Part shown: one piece after another, positions 1-8,815 of the stretch
How positions within the stretch are numbered: position 1 is the stretch's first letter
Layout: each line of letters opens with the position of its first letter
Assembly: GCF_052049815.1 (NCBI RefSeq)
Contig: NZ_JBNGZG010000002.1
Coordinates: 798-64,797, forward strand
DNA: 64,000 nucleotides
Origin: Candidatus Pelagibacter sp.
GTDB taxonomy: Bacteria > Pseudomonadota > Alphaproteobacteria > Pelagibacterales > Pelagibacteraceae
Direction: 5' to 3'
Notes under the pieces: generated by a model
What the model saw: only the letters and a program-made list of their open reading frames with translations
Databases searched by the model: none
What the model was told of the DNA's origin: nothing
Program-made: the position numbers and the translations under genes

Positions 1-19
1 TTGCTTCTTCAGTATTCAT
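1..19 (-). CDS. 5' end of an unidentified CDS running off the window (MNTEEA...)
   Basis: ATG at 19-17 overlaps the TGA of the preceding gene (ATGA coupling). Only 6 codons are visible. Confidence 0.35.
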
Positions 20-186
20 TTTTTTAGTTTTTCAATTTTAATCTCTTTTGCATTAATTACTTTTTTCCCAGCGTTTTCAAAATTTATTGTAACTTTAAAA
101 TCAATAATTGATTGCACTTGACCTATACCCCAGTCTTTTTTATTGGGATTTATTACTCTATCTCCAGGCTCATAATCTAAAATCAT
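16..186 (-). CDS. Small DUF3553-like protein, 56 aa (not in ORF track)
   Basis: Manual translation MILDYEPGDRVINPNKKDWGIGQVQSIIDFKVTINFENAGKKVINAKEIKIEKLKK. The WGIGQVQS...VTINFENAGK pattern is recognised as DUF3553-like. Confidence 0.8.
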   Translation of the reverse strand: MILDYEPGDRVINPNKKDWGIGQVQSIIDFKVTINFENAGKKVINAKEIKIEKLKK

Positions 187-229
187 TTGATTTACTTATA
201 TTCAATATGTAAATAAATAACATTAAATT

Positions 230-1345
230 ATGACCAAATTAAACTCATTAGGTTTCAATAAAAAACCAGAGGATACACTTGTTGTTGTTGCAATGTCTGG
301 TGGAGTAGATTCTTCAACGGTTGCAGCTATGATGAAAAATGAAGGTTATAAAGTTATTGGTATCACTTTAAAATTATATAATGATACTCAACAAACTACT
401 CAATCAAAACAATGTTGTGCTGGTCAAGATATAATGGATGCAAAAAGAGTTGCTGACAAACTAAACATAGAACATAAAATTTTATATTATCAAAATAAAT
501 TTAAAGAAGGCGTTATAGATAATTTTGTAGAGAGTTATCTAAACGGAGAAACTCCAATACCGTGTGTTCAATGTAATCAAACAGTAAAATTTACCGACTT
601 ATTTGAAGAGTCTAAAAATTTAAATGCAGACGCTTTAATAACTGGTCATTATGTCAAAAGCATCACAGAGAATGGCATTAATCAAATGTATAGGGGTAAA
701 GATAGCAATCGAGATCAGAGTTATTTTTTATTTAATACAACAAGAGAACAACTTGATTATTTAAGATTTCCTTTAGGTGGAATGTTAAAAGATGAAACAA
801 GAAAAATTGCAAAAGATTTAGATTTAAATGTAGCTGATAAACCGGACAGCCAAGATATATGCTTTGTACCCAATGGAGATTATGCATCTGTAATACAAAA
901 ATTTAAACCAGACTCATTTAAAAAAGGAAATATTAAAAATTTAAATGGTGAAGTAATTGGAGTTCATGATGGAATTATCAATTATACTATTGGTCAGCGT
1001 AAAGGAATTAAAATTGCTGATAAAGATCCATTATATGTAATTAAAATTGATGCAAATAATAATGAAATTATTGTAGGCACAAAAAAAAATCTTATTAAAA
1101 AAGAAATTAATTTAAAAGAAGTAAATTTATTAACGAGTAATAATAAAGACTTTGATAAGGAAGTATTTGTAAAAGTAAGATCAACTGGGAAATTGCTTAA
1201 AGCAAAAGTAAATATAAATAATAGTGAAGCCAAAGTTAATTTATTAGAGGATGAATACGGTATAGCTCCTGGTCAAGCATGTGTTTTTTACGCAAAAGAT
1301 AATTTTGGAGATAAAATTTTAGGTGGTGGATGGATTACTAATTAG
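230..1345 (+). CDS. mnmA: tRNA-specific 2-thiouridylase MnmA
   Basis: [11 protein letters not shown]-loop, [27 protein letters not shown] motifs. Confidence 0.97.
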   Translation: MTKLNSLGFNKKPEDTLVVVAMSGGVDSSTVAAMMKNEGYKVIGITLKLYNDTQQTTQSKQCCAGQDIMDAKRVADKLNIEHKILYYQNKFKEGVIDNFVESYLNGETPIPCVQCNQTVKFTDLFEESKNLNADALITGHYVKSITENGINQMYRGKDSNRDQSYFLFNTTREQLDYLRFPLGGMLKDETRKIAKDLDLNVADKPDSQDICFVPNGDYASVIQKFKPDSFKKGNIKNLNGEVIGVHDGIINYTIGQRKGIKIADKDPLYVIKIDANNNEIIVGTKKNLIKKEINLKEVNLLTSNNKDFDKEVFVKVRSTGKLLKAKVNINNSEAKVNLLEDEYGIAPGQACVFYAKDNFGDKILGGGWITN

Positions 1346-2024
1346 TTTTTTTCCACATCAAATTAGTAAGTAAATAAAAAAATATTACCCCCAAAAATAC
1401 ATTCCATTCAAGAGCATGTTTTAAAAATTTAAAGTTATCAAAAGGTAAAAAGGGTAAAACAATTATAGACACAGTAATCAAGGTATTTATTAGAAATTTT
1501 TTCATTTTTAAATATTTTTGATTAATTTTATCTTTGATTTTATCTTTAACTTCAAAGAGAGTTTTAATTAAATAATATTGTGCGATAAGCTCGAAAATTA
1601 TGAAAGACAACATTACTACTCTTCTAAAGAGTTTATATAGATCATATTCAAATTTTACTCCTAAAAATATAGAATGAATTACCAACATTACAGCTGAGCC
1701 TATTCCAAAAAAAATTATTTTTTTTAAATATTTTGTTTCTATATTAAAATGATAAATGATTTTTTTTGTATTCAACCAATATTTGATTAATAGAAAAGCG
1801 GTTAAAAACATTGCAGGTTTAAAAATTAAGTACATAGGGAAATTTCTAACAGTTCTACTTATTGAAACACCACCATCTATATATGGAAATGTGGGAGATA
1901 TTGGCACTCCTGGCTGTAACACTTGATGAAATTGTGTAATAATTAATAGGCAGGAATTTACCGCTATAAATGGAATTATAAATATCCACAACGATATGGA
2001 TCTAATAACCTTTACATTTTCCAT
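1338..2024 (-). CDS. Multi-pass membrane protein of unknown function (possibly Frag1/DRAM/Sfk1-like)
   Basis: 228 aa with about five hydrophobic segments. [17 protein letters not shown] loosely recalls that family; the family call is weak. Confidence 0.7.
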   Translation of the reverse strand: MENVKVIRSISLWIFIIPFIAVNSCLLIITQFHQVLQPGVPISPTFPYIDGGVSISRTVRNFPMYLIFKPAMFLTAFLLIKYWLNTKKIIYHFNIETKYLKKIIFFGIGSAVMLVIHSIFLGVKFEYDLYKLFRRVVMLSFIIFELIAQYYLIKTLFEVKDKIKDKINQKYLKMKKFLINTLITVSIIVLPFLPFDNFKFLKHALEWNVFLGVIFFYLLTNLMWKKTN

Positions 2025-2035
2025 GAAAAAAAAGT

Positions 2036-2119
2036 TTATTTCTTCTTATTTTTTTTTCTAGCTCTTCTTTTTTTAGAGCCCATTTTTCTACGGCCTCTAT
2101 GTTTTTTCGGGTATCCCAT
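2036..2119 (-). CDS. 27-aa Lys/Arg-rich micropeptide MGYPKKHRGRRKMGSKKRRARKKNKKK (not in ORF track)
   Basis: ATG 2119-2117, TAA 2038-2036, SD-like AAGGA at 2128-2124, sigma70-like promoter just upstream. 16 of 27 residues are K/R. Confidence 0.75.
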   Translation of the reverse strand: MGYPKKHRGRRKMGSKKRRARKKNKKK

Positions 2120-2146
2120 TTTATCCTTTTATATATAATTTAATTG

Positions 2147-2175
2147 AAATTATTCGCGGGATATAGCATTGTCAA
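2147..2175 (-). promoter_or_regulatory. sigma70-type promoter for the micropeptide / membrane protein unit
   Basis: Minus strand TTGACA (2175-2170), 17-nt spacer, TAATTT (2152-2147). Confidence 0.65.
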
Positions 2176-2195
2176 TTTAACTTATCAATTTTTTT

Positions 2196-3371
2196 ATGAG
2201 CAGTTCTTTTAAAACATTTTTAAAACATACAGCCAAAGATTTTCATAATCAGTCTGTTAATCCACCTGTAGTAAGAGCCTCAACTATTATCTTTAAATCT
2301 ATGCAAGATATTAGAAAAACTCAGTCAAAAGCTAATAAAAATCCAACCGGAGGACATTTTGATTATGGAAGACAAGGGACATCTACTACACATATTTTGC
2401 AAAAAATTTTATCAAAACTTGAAGAAAGCTATCATGTTTTTTTAACTCCAACAGGATTTGGTGCAGTATTCCTATCAATATTTAGCGTCGTAAGACCTGG
2501 AGATGAAATTTTAGTTGCTGATCCAGTTTATAGTCCTACTAGAATTTTAACGCAAGATTTTTTGAAAGAGTTTAATATTAAATCAACATTTTATAATCCT
2601 AGTGATTTAAAAACTTTAGAAAAAAATATAACAAAAAAAACAAAATTAATTTTTGTTGAAAATCCTGGAAGTAATACTTTTGATTTTCAAGATCTTGGAA
2701 AAATAATTTCAATTGCAAAGAAAAATAAAATTTTAACAGCAATTGATAATACATGGGGTACTCCATATTTTTTAAAACCAATTAAACTTGGTTTTGATAT
2801 GGCAATTGTTTCAGCAACTAAATATTATTCAGGTCACTCAGACGTTATGGGAGGATCATTAGCAGTAAATAAAAAAGTTTTTAAACAAATTCAAAAAGCA
2901 GATAAAGTTTGCGGAATGAGAATGAGTCCTGACGATGCTTATTTAATAACAAGAGGACTTAGAACTTTAGATATAAGGTTGGATAGACATAGAGAAAATG
3001 CAAAAAAAGTTTCTGAGTTTTTATCAAATCATAAAAACTTTAAATTACTTTATCCATATAAAAAAGACTCTGTAAATTTTAGGATGTGGAAGAAATATTA
3101 TTCGGGAGCATCTGGTTTAATGGGACTTCGTATAAAAGCTAAGAGTAAAAACTCAGTGGTCAAATTTGTAAACTCATTAAAATTATTTGGTTACGGATAC
3201 AGCTGGGGTGGTTTTGAAAGTTTAGCTTTATATCAAGATGTAAGAGAGCAGGGCAAAAGAAATTTTCTTAAGTTAACTAAAAACGAACATCTTGTAAGAT
3301 TACATATCGGTTTAGAGGATCCAAATGACTTGATTGCAGATTTAAAACAAGCACTCAAGCATTTAAAATGA
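2196..3371 (+). CDS. metC: Cystathionine beta-lyase (PLP trans-sulfuration family)
   Basis: YGRQGT, ENPGS, DNTW, SATKYYSGHSD (PLP lysine), SWGGFESL, RLHIGLED. Confidence 0.9.
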   Translation: MSSSFKTFLKHTAKDFHNQSVNPPVVRASTIIFKSMQDIRKTQSKANKNPTGGHFDYGRQGTSTTHILQKILSKLEESYHVFLTPTGFGAVFLSIFSVVRPGDEILVADPVYSPTRILTQDFLKEFNIKSTFYNPSDLKTLEKNITKKTKLIFVENPGSNTFDFQDLGKIISIAKKNKILTAIDNTWGTPYFLKPIKLGFDMAIVSATKYYSGHSDVMGGSLAVNKKVFKQIQKADKVCGMRMSPDDAYLITRGLRTLDIRLDRHRENAKKVSEFLSNHKNFKLLYPYKKDSVNFRMWKKYYSGASGLMGLRIKAKSKNSVVKFVNSLKLFGYGYSWGGFESLALYQDVREQGKRNFLKLTKNEHLVRLHIGLEDPNDLIADLKQALKHLK

Positions 3372-4588
3372 CACAAAATAAATTTTTTCAATCACGTACA
3401 GCAATAATCACTTTAATTGCTGCTTGCGCAGTTGTTTTCATTTCACTTGGAGTTAGACAAACGTTTGGATTGTTTTTTATGGATTTCAAGAAAGATCTAG
3501 GAATTTCAATTACTAATTCTGGATTAGCTGTAGGAATACAAATGTTAATGTGGGGTTTAACAGGTCCTATCTTTGGAGCGATTGCTGATAAGTATGGTGG
3601 CCATAAAGCAATTAGCCTAGCTTTTATTTTTTATATTTTAGGAATTTATTTTTTATATAATGGTCCTAATACAGGATTATTTTTTCAATTAGATTTAGGA
3701 TTATTAGTTGGAATTGGTCTTGGGGGAACAGCAATTAGTATTCCAATGGCAATAGTTGGAAAACATTTTCCTTTATCAAATAGAACTATTGCAATGAGTT
3801 TTGTAACAGCCGTTGGTTCTTTAGGTTATTTTGCTTCACCTTTATATACAAACTATTCCTTAAACGCTAATGGATGGGAGCAAACCTTGAGCGTTTTTAT
3901 GTTTTTTTTAATTTTTGGATTGATTGTGTCTTATTTTGTAAGGTCTCCATCTTTAAATGAGACACCTGAGAAAACAAGTGATCAAACAGTTATTGAAGCT
4001 TTAAAAGAAGCTTTTGGTACTAGAAGTTATATTTTATTAGTTTCAGGATTTTTTGTTTGTGGTTTTCATATAACTTTAGTTGGAACCCATGTTCCAAAAT
4101 ATGTGATTGATAGAGGGTTGGAAGATTGGACAGCGGCAGCAATTTTATCTCTTATCGGTTTATTTAATATCTTTGGTTCATTATTAAGTGGATACTTATC
4201 AACAAAAATGAGTAAAAAAATTATTCTAAGTGCAATTTACTTCTTGAGAGGAATTTCAATAATTTTCTTTATATTTTTACCACCTAGCAACCTAAATGCT
4301 TTTATATTTGGAGCTAGCTTTGGATTTCTATGGCTTTCGACTGTGCCAGCAACTAGTGGAATTGTTGCCCATATTTTTGGAACTAGATATTTAGGTTTGC
4401 TTTATGGTTTAGTATTTTTAAGTCATCAAATTGGATCTTTTTTTGGAGCATACCTAGGTGGATTATTTTATGATACTTATGGTTCCTATGATTATGCGTG
4501 GTATTTAGCAATTGCATTGTCTGTTTTTGCTGCAATAATTCATTTACCAATTAAAGAACAAGCAGTTTTAAGATTAAGAACAGAATAA
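3368..4588 (+). CDS. MFS transporter
   Basis: 406 aa, about 12 hydrophobic helices, GAIADKYG motif A-like loop. Confidence 0.9.
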   Translation: MTQNKFFQSRTAIITLIAACAVVFISLGVRQTFGLFFMDFKKDLGISITNSGLAVGIQMLMWGLTGPIFGAIADKYGGHKAISLAFIFYILGIYFLYNGPNTGLFFQLDLGLLVGIGLGGTAISIPMAIVGKHFPLSNRTIAMSFVTAVGSLGYFASPLYTNYSLNANGWEQTLSVFMFFLIFGLIVSYFVRSPSLNETPEKTSDQTVIEALKEAFGTRSYILLVSGFFVCGFHITLVGTHVPKYVIDRGLEDWTAAAILSLIGLFNIFGSLLSGYLSTKMSKKIILSAIYFLRGISIIFFIFLPPSNLNAFIFGASFGFLWLSTVPATSGIVAHIFGTRYLGLLYGLVFLSHQIGSFFGAYLGGLFYDTYGSYDYAWYLAIALSVFAAIIHLPIKEQAVLRLRTE

Positions 4589-4589
4589 A

Positions 4590-5741
4590 TTGAAAACACT
4601 TGAAAATTTAATCAAATCTGAACAACCGTTTATACTTTATAAGACCAATGCAGGTTTTAAATTATACACTCAATTTTCAAAAAAAATTATTTTAAATAAT
4701 AAAAATATTAAAGGTTTTTTAAATAATATAAAAAAAAAGAAATCAAATTTCAAAGAAACAGATTTGTTTGTAGGTTTTTTTGGTTATGAAATATTAAATA
4801 ATTTAATCGGCATTAAACTTCCAAAACAAAAAAGTATTAATTTTCCAAAAGGAATTTTTTATAAACCAGAAAAAGTACAAAATTTTAAAAATATTGATTA
4901 TAAAAATGAAAGGAAAAAAAAAATTTATTCTAAATTTAGAATAAATTTATCACTTAATCATTACACAAAAATATTTGAAAAATTTAAGAAGAAAATCAAA
5001 AGTGGTGATACTTATCAAATTAAAATTTGCACAAAGTATAAAAATAAATCAATTATTGATACATTAGATTTGTTTTCTAAATTATGTAAAACTAATCTAG
5101 CACCAGAATCTTTTTTTATTAAAGATAAAGATTATTCAATAATAAGCTGTTCTCCTGAAAACTTGATAGACAGAAAAGGAGATTTTATTTCGACTAAACC
5201 TATAGCTGGAACACTGAAAAAGAACAAGAAATTAAATAAATTAAAAGCACTCAAATATTTTAGAAAAAATATTAAAGAATCTAAAGAGCACAATATGATT
5301 GTTGATATGGAAAGAAATGATTTATCAAGAATTTGTGTGCCCGGGACAGTCAGAATTAAAAAAGAAAAAAAAATTGAAGAATATAAAGATCTATTTCATT
5401 ACGTAACTTTGATTGCTGGAAGATTAAGGAAAAATATAAAAATTATTGAAATAATTAAATCAATGATGCCAGGTGGATCAGTAATTGGTTGCCCAAAAAT
5501 TAGCACCTTAAATTTATTAAACAATCAAGAAAGAGAAAATAGAAATATTTACACTGGCAGTTTTGGTTTTATAAAGTTTAATGGTGATATGAGATTTAAT
5601 ATAATAATCAGATCATTATTGTATTATAAAAATATATCAGAAATTTCAGTTGCATCTGGAGTTGTTGTAGATAGCAAAGCTAAAAATGAATTTAATGAAA
5701 ATTTTATTAAAGCTAAAGCTCTATTAGATTTATTCAAATGA
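4590..5741 (+). CDS. pabB: Aminodeoxychorismate synthase component I (chorismate-binding)
   Basis: TTG start; SPENL, TKPIAGT, EHNMIVDMERNDL, PGGSVIGCPK, IYTGSFG, ASGVV. Confidence 0.8.
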   Translation: MKTLENLIKSEQPFILYKTNAGFKLYTQFSKKIILNNKNIKGFLNNIKKKKSNFKETDLFVGFFGYEILNNLIGIKLPKQKSINFPKGIFYKPEKVQNFKNIDYKNERKKKIYSKFRINLSLNHYTKIFEKFKKKIKSGDTYQIKICTKYKNKSIIDTLDLFSKLCKTNLAPESFFIKDKDYSIISCSPENLIDRKGDFISTKPIAGTLKKNKKLNKLKALKYFRKNIKESKEHNMIVDMERNDLSRICVPGTVRIKKEKKIEEYKDLFHYVTLIAGRLRKNIKIIEIIKSMMPGGSVIGCPKISTLNLLNNQERENRNIYTGSFGFIKFNGDMRFNIIIRSLLYYKNISEISVASGVVVDSKAKNEFNENFIKAKALLDLFK

Positions 5742-6295
5742 TTTATATAATTGATCATAAAGATTCTTTTACATTCAATGTTGTTCATCAATTTTCTTTA
5801 TTTGATAACGTAGAATGTGATGATTATTCAGAAATTAGAGAAGACAAGTTAAATAAAGCTTCCACTATTATTTTTTCTCCAGGTCCAGGCTCTCCAAAAG
5901 ATTATAAAACTACCTCAAAAATTTACAAAAGATTTAAAAATAAAAAAAAAATTATTGGAATTTGCTTAGGTTTTCAGCAGATACTTTATTGTGAAGGTGG
6001 AAAAATTATTGAACAAAATAAGATATATCATGGTTATCAATCAAAAATTAAAGTTGTATCTAAAAATTCTTTATTCAAGAAAAATACTAATTTTGTGGTT
6101 GGCAGGTATCATTCATTAAAATTAAAAGAACCTTTTAGAGCAAAAAATTTTGACATCACTATGAGATGTGCTAATTCAAACGTTGCGATGGCAATTGAAA
6201 ATAACAAAGAGAAAATCTATGGTTTTCAATTTCATCCAGAATCTTTTTTAACAATAAATGGTAACTTACTTATTAAAAAAATCTTATCGGCTTAA
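5738..6295 (+). CDS. pabA: Glutamine amidotransferase component II (PabA/TrpG type)
   Basis: IDHKDSFTFN, SPGPGSP, GICLGFQ, RYHSL, FQFHPES; coupled to pabB. Confidence 0.85.
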   Translation: MIYIIDHKDSFTFNVVHQFSLFDNVECDDYSEIREDKLNKASTIIFSPGPGSPKDYKTTSKIYKRFKNKKKIIGICLGFQQILYCEGGKIIEQNKIYHGYQSKIKVVSKNSLFKKNTNFVVGRYHSLKLKEPFRAKNFDITMRCANSNVAMAIENNKEKIYGFQFHPESFLTINGNLLIKKILSA

Positions 6296-7025
6296 AGATT
6301 ATAAAGAAATTGAATTTAATGATCTTTGGGGTGACCATGGTGTTTTCACAACGATGTGGTTATTTGATAAACCACAAAAAATTTTATTTTTTAACCAACA
6401 TATAAGCAATCTGATAAAATCCACAAAAGTTTTTAAAGTATATAAAACAGATTTAAAATTAAATATTTTAAAAATTTTAAAGAAAATAATTAATCCTAAA
6501 ATTAAGTACAATCATTTGTTAAGAGTAGCAATAAACAAAAAGACATTATCTGTATCAATAAGAAAAAGAATAAAACCAAAATTAGATTTTACTTTAAATT
6601 TGGTAAATCTTAAAAGAGTTAAACCTGAATATAAAAATTTAAAATATAAACAAATCTTAAAACATCTTTCAAAATTAGATAATTCAAAAAATGATATAGG
6701 CTTAAGTGTAAACAATAAAGTTTTTGAAACTGGAACTTCAAACTTAGTGTTTATAAAAAATAATAAGATTTTTCTCCCAAAAAATAATTAGTATAAAGGA
6801 ATTACATTTAAATTTTTTAAAAATAAATTTAAAAAATTTTATTATAAAGACATTAAAATAAATAAATTGTCTGAATTCGATGAAATATTATTAATTGGAT
6901 CAGGAAAAGGAGTTGCCTCAGTTAAAAGAATTAAAGATTATTCCTGGTCTAGAAAAAGTATGAAATTTTACAAATTATTTTTATCCACGTATTTAAAAGC
7001 TATTAAACAATGTAAAAAATATTAA
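6258..7025 (+). pseudogene. Aminotransferase class IV / aminodeoxychorismate lyase (PabC-like) interrupted by an in-frame TAG at 6789-6791
   Basis: The same frame continues after TAG (YKGITFKFF...DEILLIGSGKGVASV...) to TAA 7023-7025, which overlaps the HIT ATG. GVFTTM, ETGTSNL and downstream class IV motifs; follows pabBA. Confidence 0.75.
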
Positions 7026-7426
7026 TGATAAGAGATCCCAATAATCCTTGCCTATTTTGTAATGCTAAAGAAAGTGGTATTGCCGTAGAAAATGAATTTG
7101 CATACGCAAGTTATGACTCTTATCCAGTTTCAGATTTTCATTGTCTTATTATTCCAAAAAGACATGTAAAAGATTATTTTGAAATGAGTGACGAGGAATT
7201 GTTGGCTTGTAATGATTTGATTATTAAAATTAAAAATGAAATTTTAGCTAAAGATAAAACTGTTAAAGCTTTTAATATTGGAACTAATGCAGGAAAAATG
7301 TCTGGTCAATCAATCATGCATTGTCATATCCATCTGATTCCAAGAAGAGAGGGGGATGTCGAAAATCCTCAAGGTGGAGTAAGGTCGGTTATTCCTAAAA
7401 AACAGCACTATAAAAGAGAAAATTAG
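7025..7426 (+). CDS. HIT family nucleotide hydrolase
   Basis: CLFC N-terminus, HCLIIPKRH, histidine triad HCHIHLIPR. Confidence 0.93.
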   Translation: MIRDPNNPCLFCNAKESGIAVENEFAYASYDSYPVSDFHCLIIPKRHVKDYFEMSDEELLACNDLIIKIKNEILAKDKTVKAFNIGTNAGKMSGQSIMHCHIHLIPRREGDVENPQGGVRSVIPKKQHYKREN

Positions 7427-7520
7427 ACTATTAATAAAGACAAATTGACCAATACTTACATATTGAAGTCCTATTCAAACTACTCTAGAAAAGCTTAAAA
7501 CTAATCAAAATTTTAAACTT

Positions 7521-8312
7521 ATGTTACAAAATAATCCTTTTCTAAATTTAGCTGAATTTGTTTCACCTTACGCTATGCAATCATTTATTATTGCCATGGT
7601 AGTTTTGATAGCTGCTGGAACTATAATTCAAATGATTCATCATAAAAATGTTACTTATTTTTTAAACAATGCAAAAAAAGCAAAATTATCTGCTACGAAA
7701 GCATTAAGTGCAGGAGAGAAAGCCACAATTATTGCAAAAACTACAGTTGTAGATATTGGTACAACATCTGAATTAGGAATGGGTAAAAGAAGATTAGCGC
7801 ATGTATTAGGTATGTATGGAACTATTTTGTTTTGGGTTTCATCTGCTGTCTTAGTTTTTTGTTATACTAGTGAGGGATCGTCAACTACTGTTTGGTCAAC
7901 TTTATGGCATGTTGGAGCTATACTTACTTGCCTAGGTGGATTTTGGTTTTGGTTTTTTTTGAGAGTAGATGTATCTGCAGAAGCTTTTCCTTGGTATAGA
8001 ATTATAAAAGCGGACTTATTTGTATTAGCTCTTTTAGCTTGTTCAACATTTGGTTTAGCTTGGTCATATTTTCAATTTTCAAATCAAATGGGTTTAAGTT
8101 ATTTGTTCTTAGCCTTATTTGTAGTTGCTAACATTGTTTTGTTTGGTGGAGTATACTGGTCTAAGTTTGCTCACATGTTTTATAAACCTGGAGCAGCTAT
8201 TCAAAAAAATCTTGCTGAAGCAGATGGATCAAGAGACAATCTTCCTCCTCCAGCTGATGCACCTGAACAGTTTGGTTTAGGAATAAAAAGAGAAGAACCA
8301 AAACATTATTAA
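7521..8312 (+). CDS. aprM: Adenylylsulfate reductase membrane anchor AprM
   Basis: Multi-TM protein directly upstream of aprB; RRLAHVLGMYG, WSKFAHMFYKP, C-terminal ADGSRDNLP. Confidence 0.85.
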   Translation: MLQNNPFLNLAEFVSPYAMQSFIIAMVVLIAAGTIIQMIHHKNVTYFLNNAKKAKLSATKALSAGEKATIIAKTTVVDIGTTSELGMGKRRLAHVLGMYGTILFWVSSAVLVFCYTSEGSSTTVWSTLWHVGAILTCLGGFWFWFFLRVDVSAEAFPWYRIIKADLFVLALLACSTFGLAWSYFQFSNQMGLSYLFLALFVVANIVLFGGVYWSKFAHMFYKPGAAIQKNLAEADGSRDNLPPPADAPEQFGLGIKREEPKHY

Positions 8313-8344
8313 CCATGAGATTATTTAAAAAGGAGAAAAAATAA

Positions 8345-8815
8345 ATGTCAACTTTCGTATATATGACTAGATGTGATGGCTGCGGTCATTGCGTAGATAT
8401 CTGTCCTTCAGATATAATGCACATTGATGAAACTATAAGAAGAGCAAAAAACATTGAACCAAATTTCTGCTGGGAATGTTATTCATGTGTTAAAGCATGC
8501 CCAAACCATGCAATTGATGTAAGAGGTTATGCTGATTTTGCTCCAATGGGTCACAGTGTGAGAGTACGAAGAGAAGAAGAAAAAGGAACTATCTCTTGGA
8601 AAATAAAATTTAGAAATGGTACAGAGAAAAACTTTGTATCTCCAATTACAACAAAACCTTGGGGTGAGTTTATTCCAAAACTTGCTGATGGTGACAAGCC
8701 AAATCAAGGAGAAATAAATTCACAAAGACTTTATAGAGAACCGGAAGGATTAAATACTGGCGGTGAACTTCCATCAGTTCCAAAAGAATCTTTTAAAAAA
8801 GGAGTTTATTACTAA
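8345..8815 (+). CDS. aprB: Adenylylsulfate reductase beta subunit
   Basis: Two 4Fe-4S motifs (CDGCGHC...CP, CWECYSCVKACP), VRGYADF; AGGAG SD. Confidence 0.96.
   Translation: MSTFVYMTRCDGCGHCVDICPSDIMHIDETIRRAKNIEPNFCWECYSCVKACPNHAIDVRGYADFAPMGHSVRVRREEEKGTISWKIKFRNGTEKNFVSPITTKPWGEFIPKLADGDKPNQGEINSQRLYREPEGLNTGGELPSVPKESFKKGVYY

Noticed and set aside
190-214. Imperfect palindrome ATTTAC-TT-ATATT-C-AATAT-GTAAAT between the DUF3553-like gene and mnmA
   Set aside because: Almost entirely A/T and plausible by chance at this base composition.
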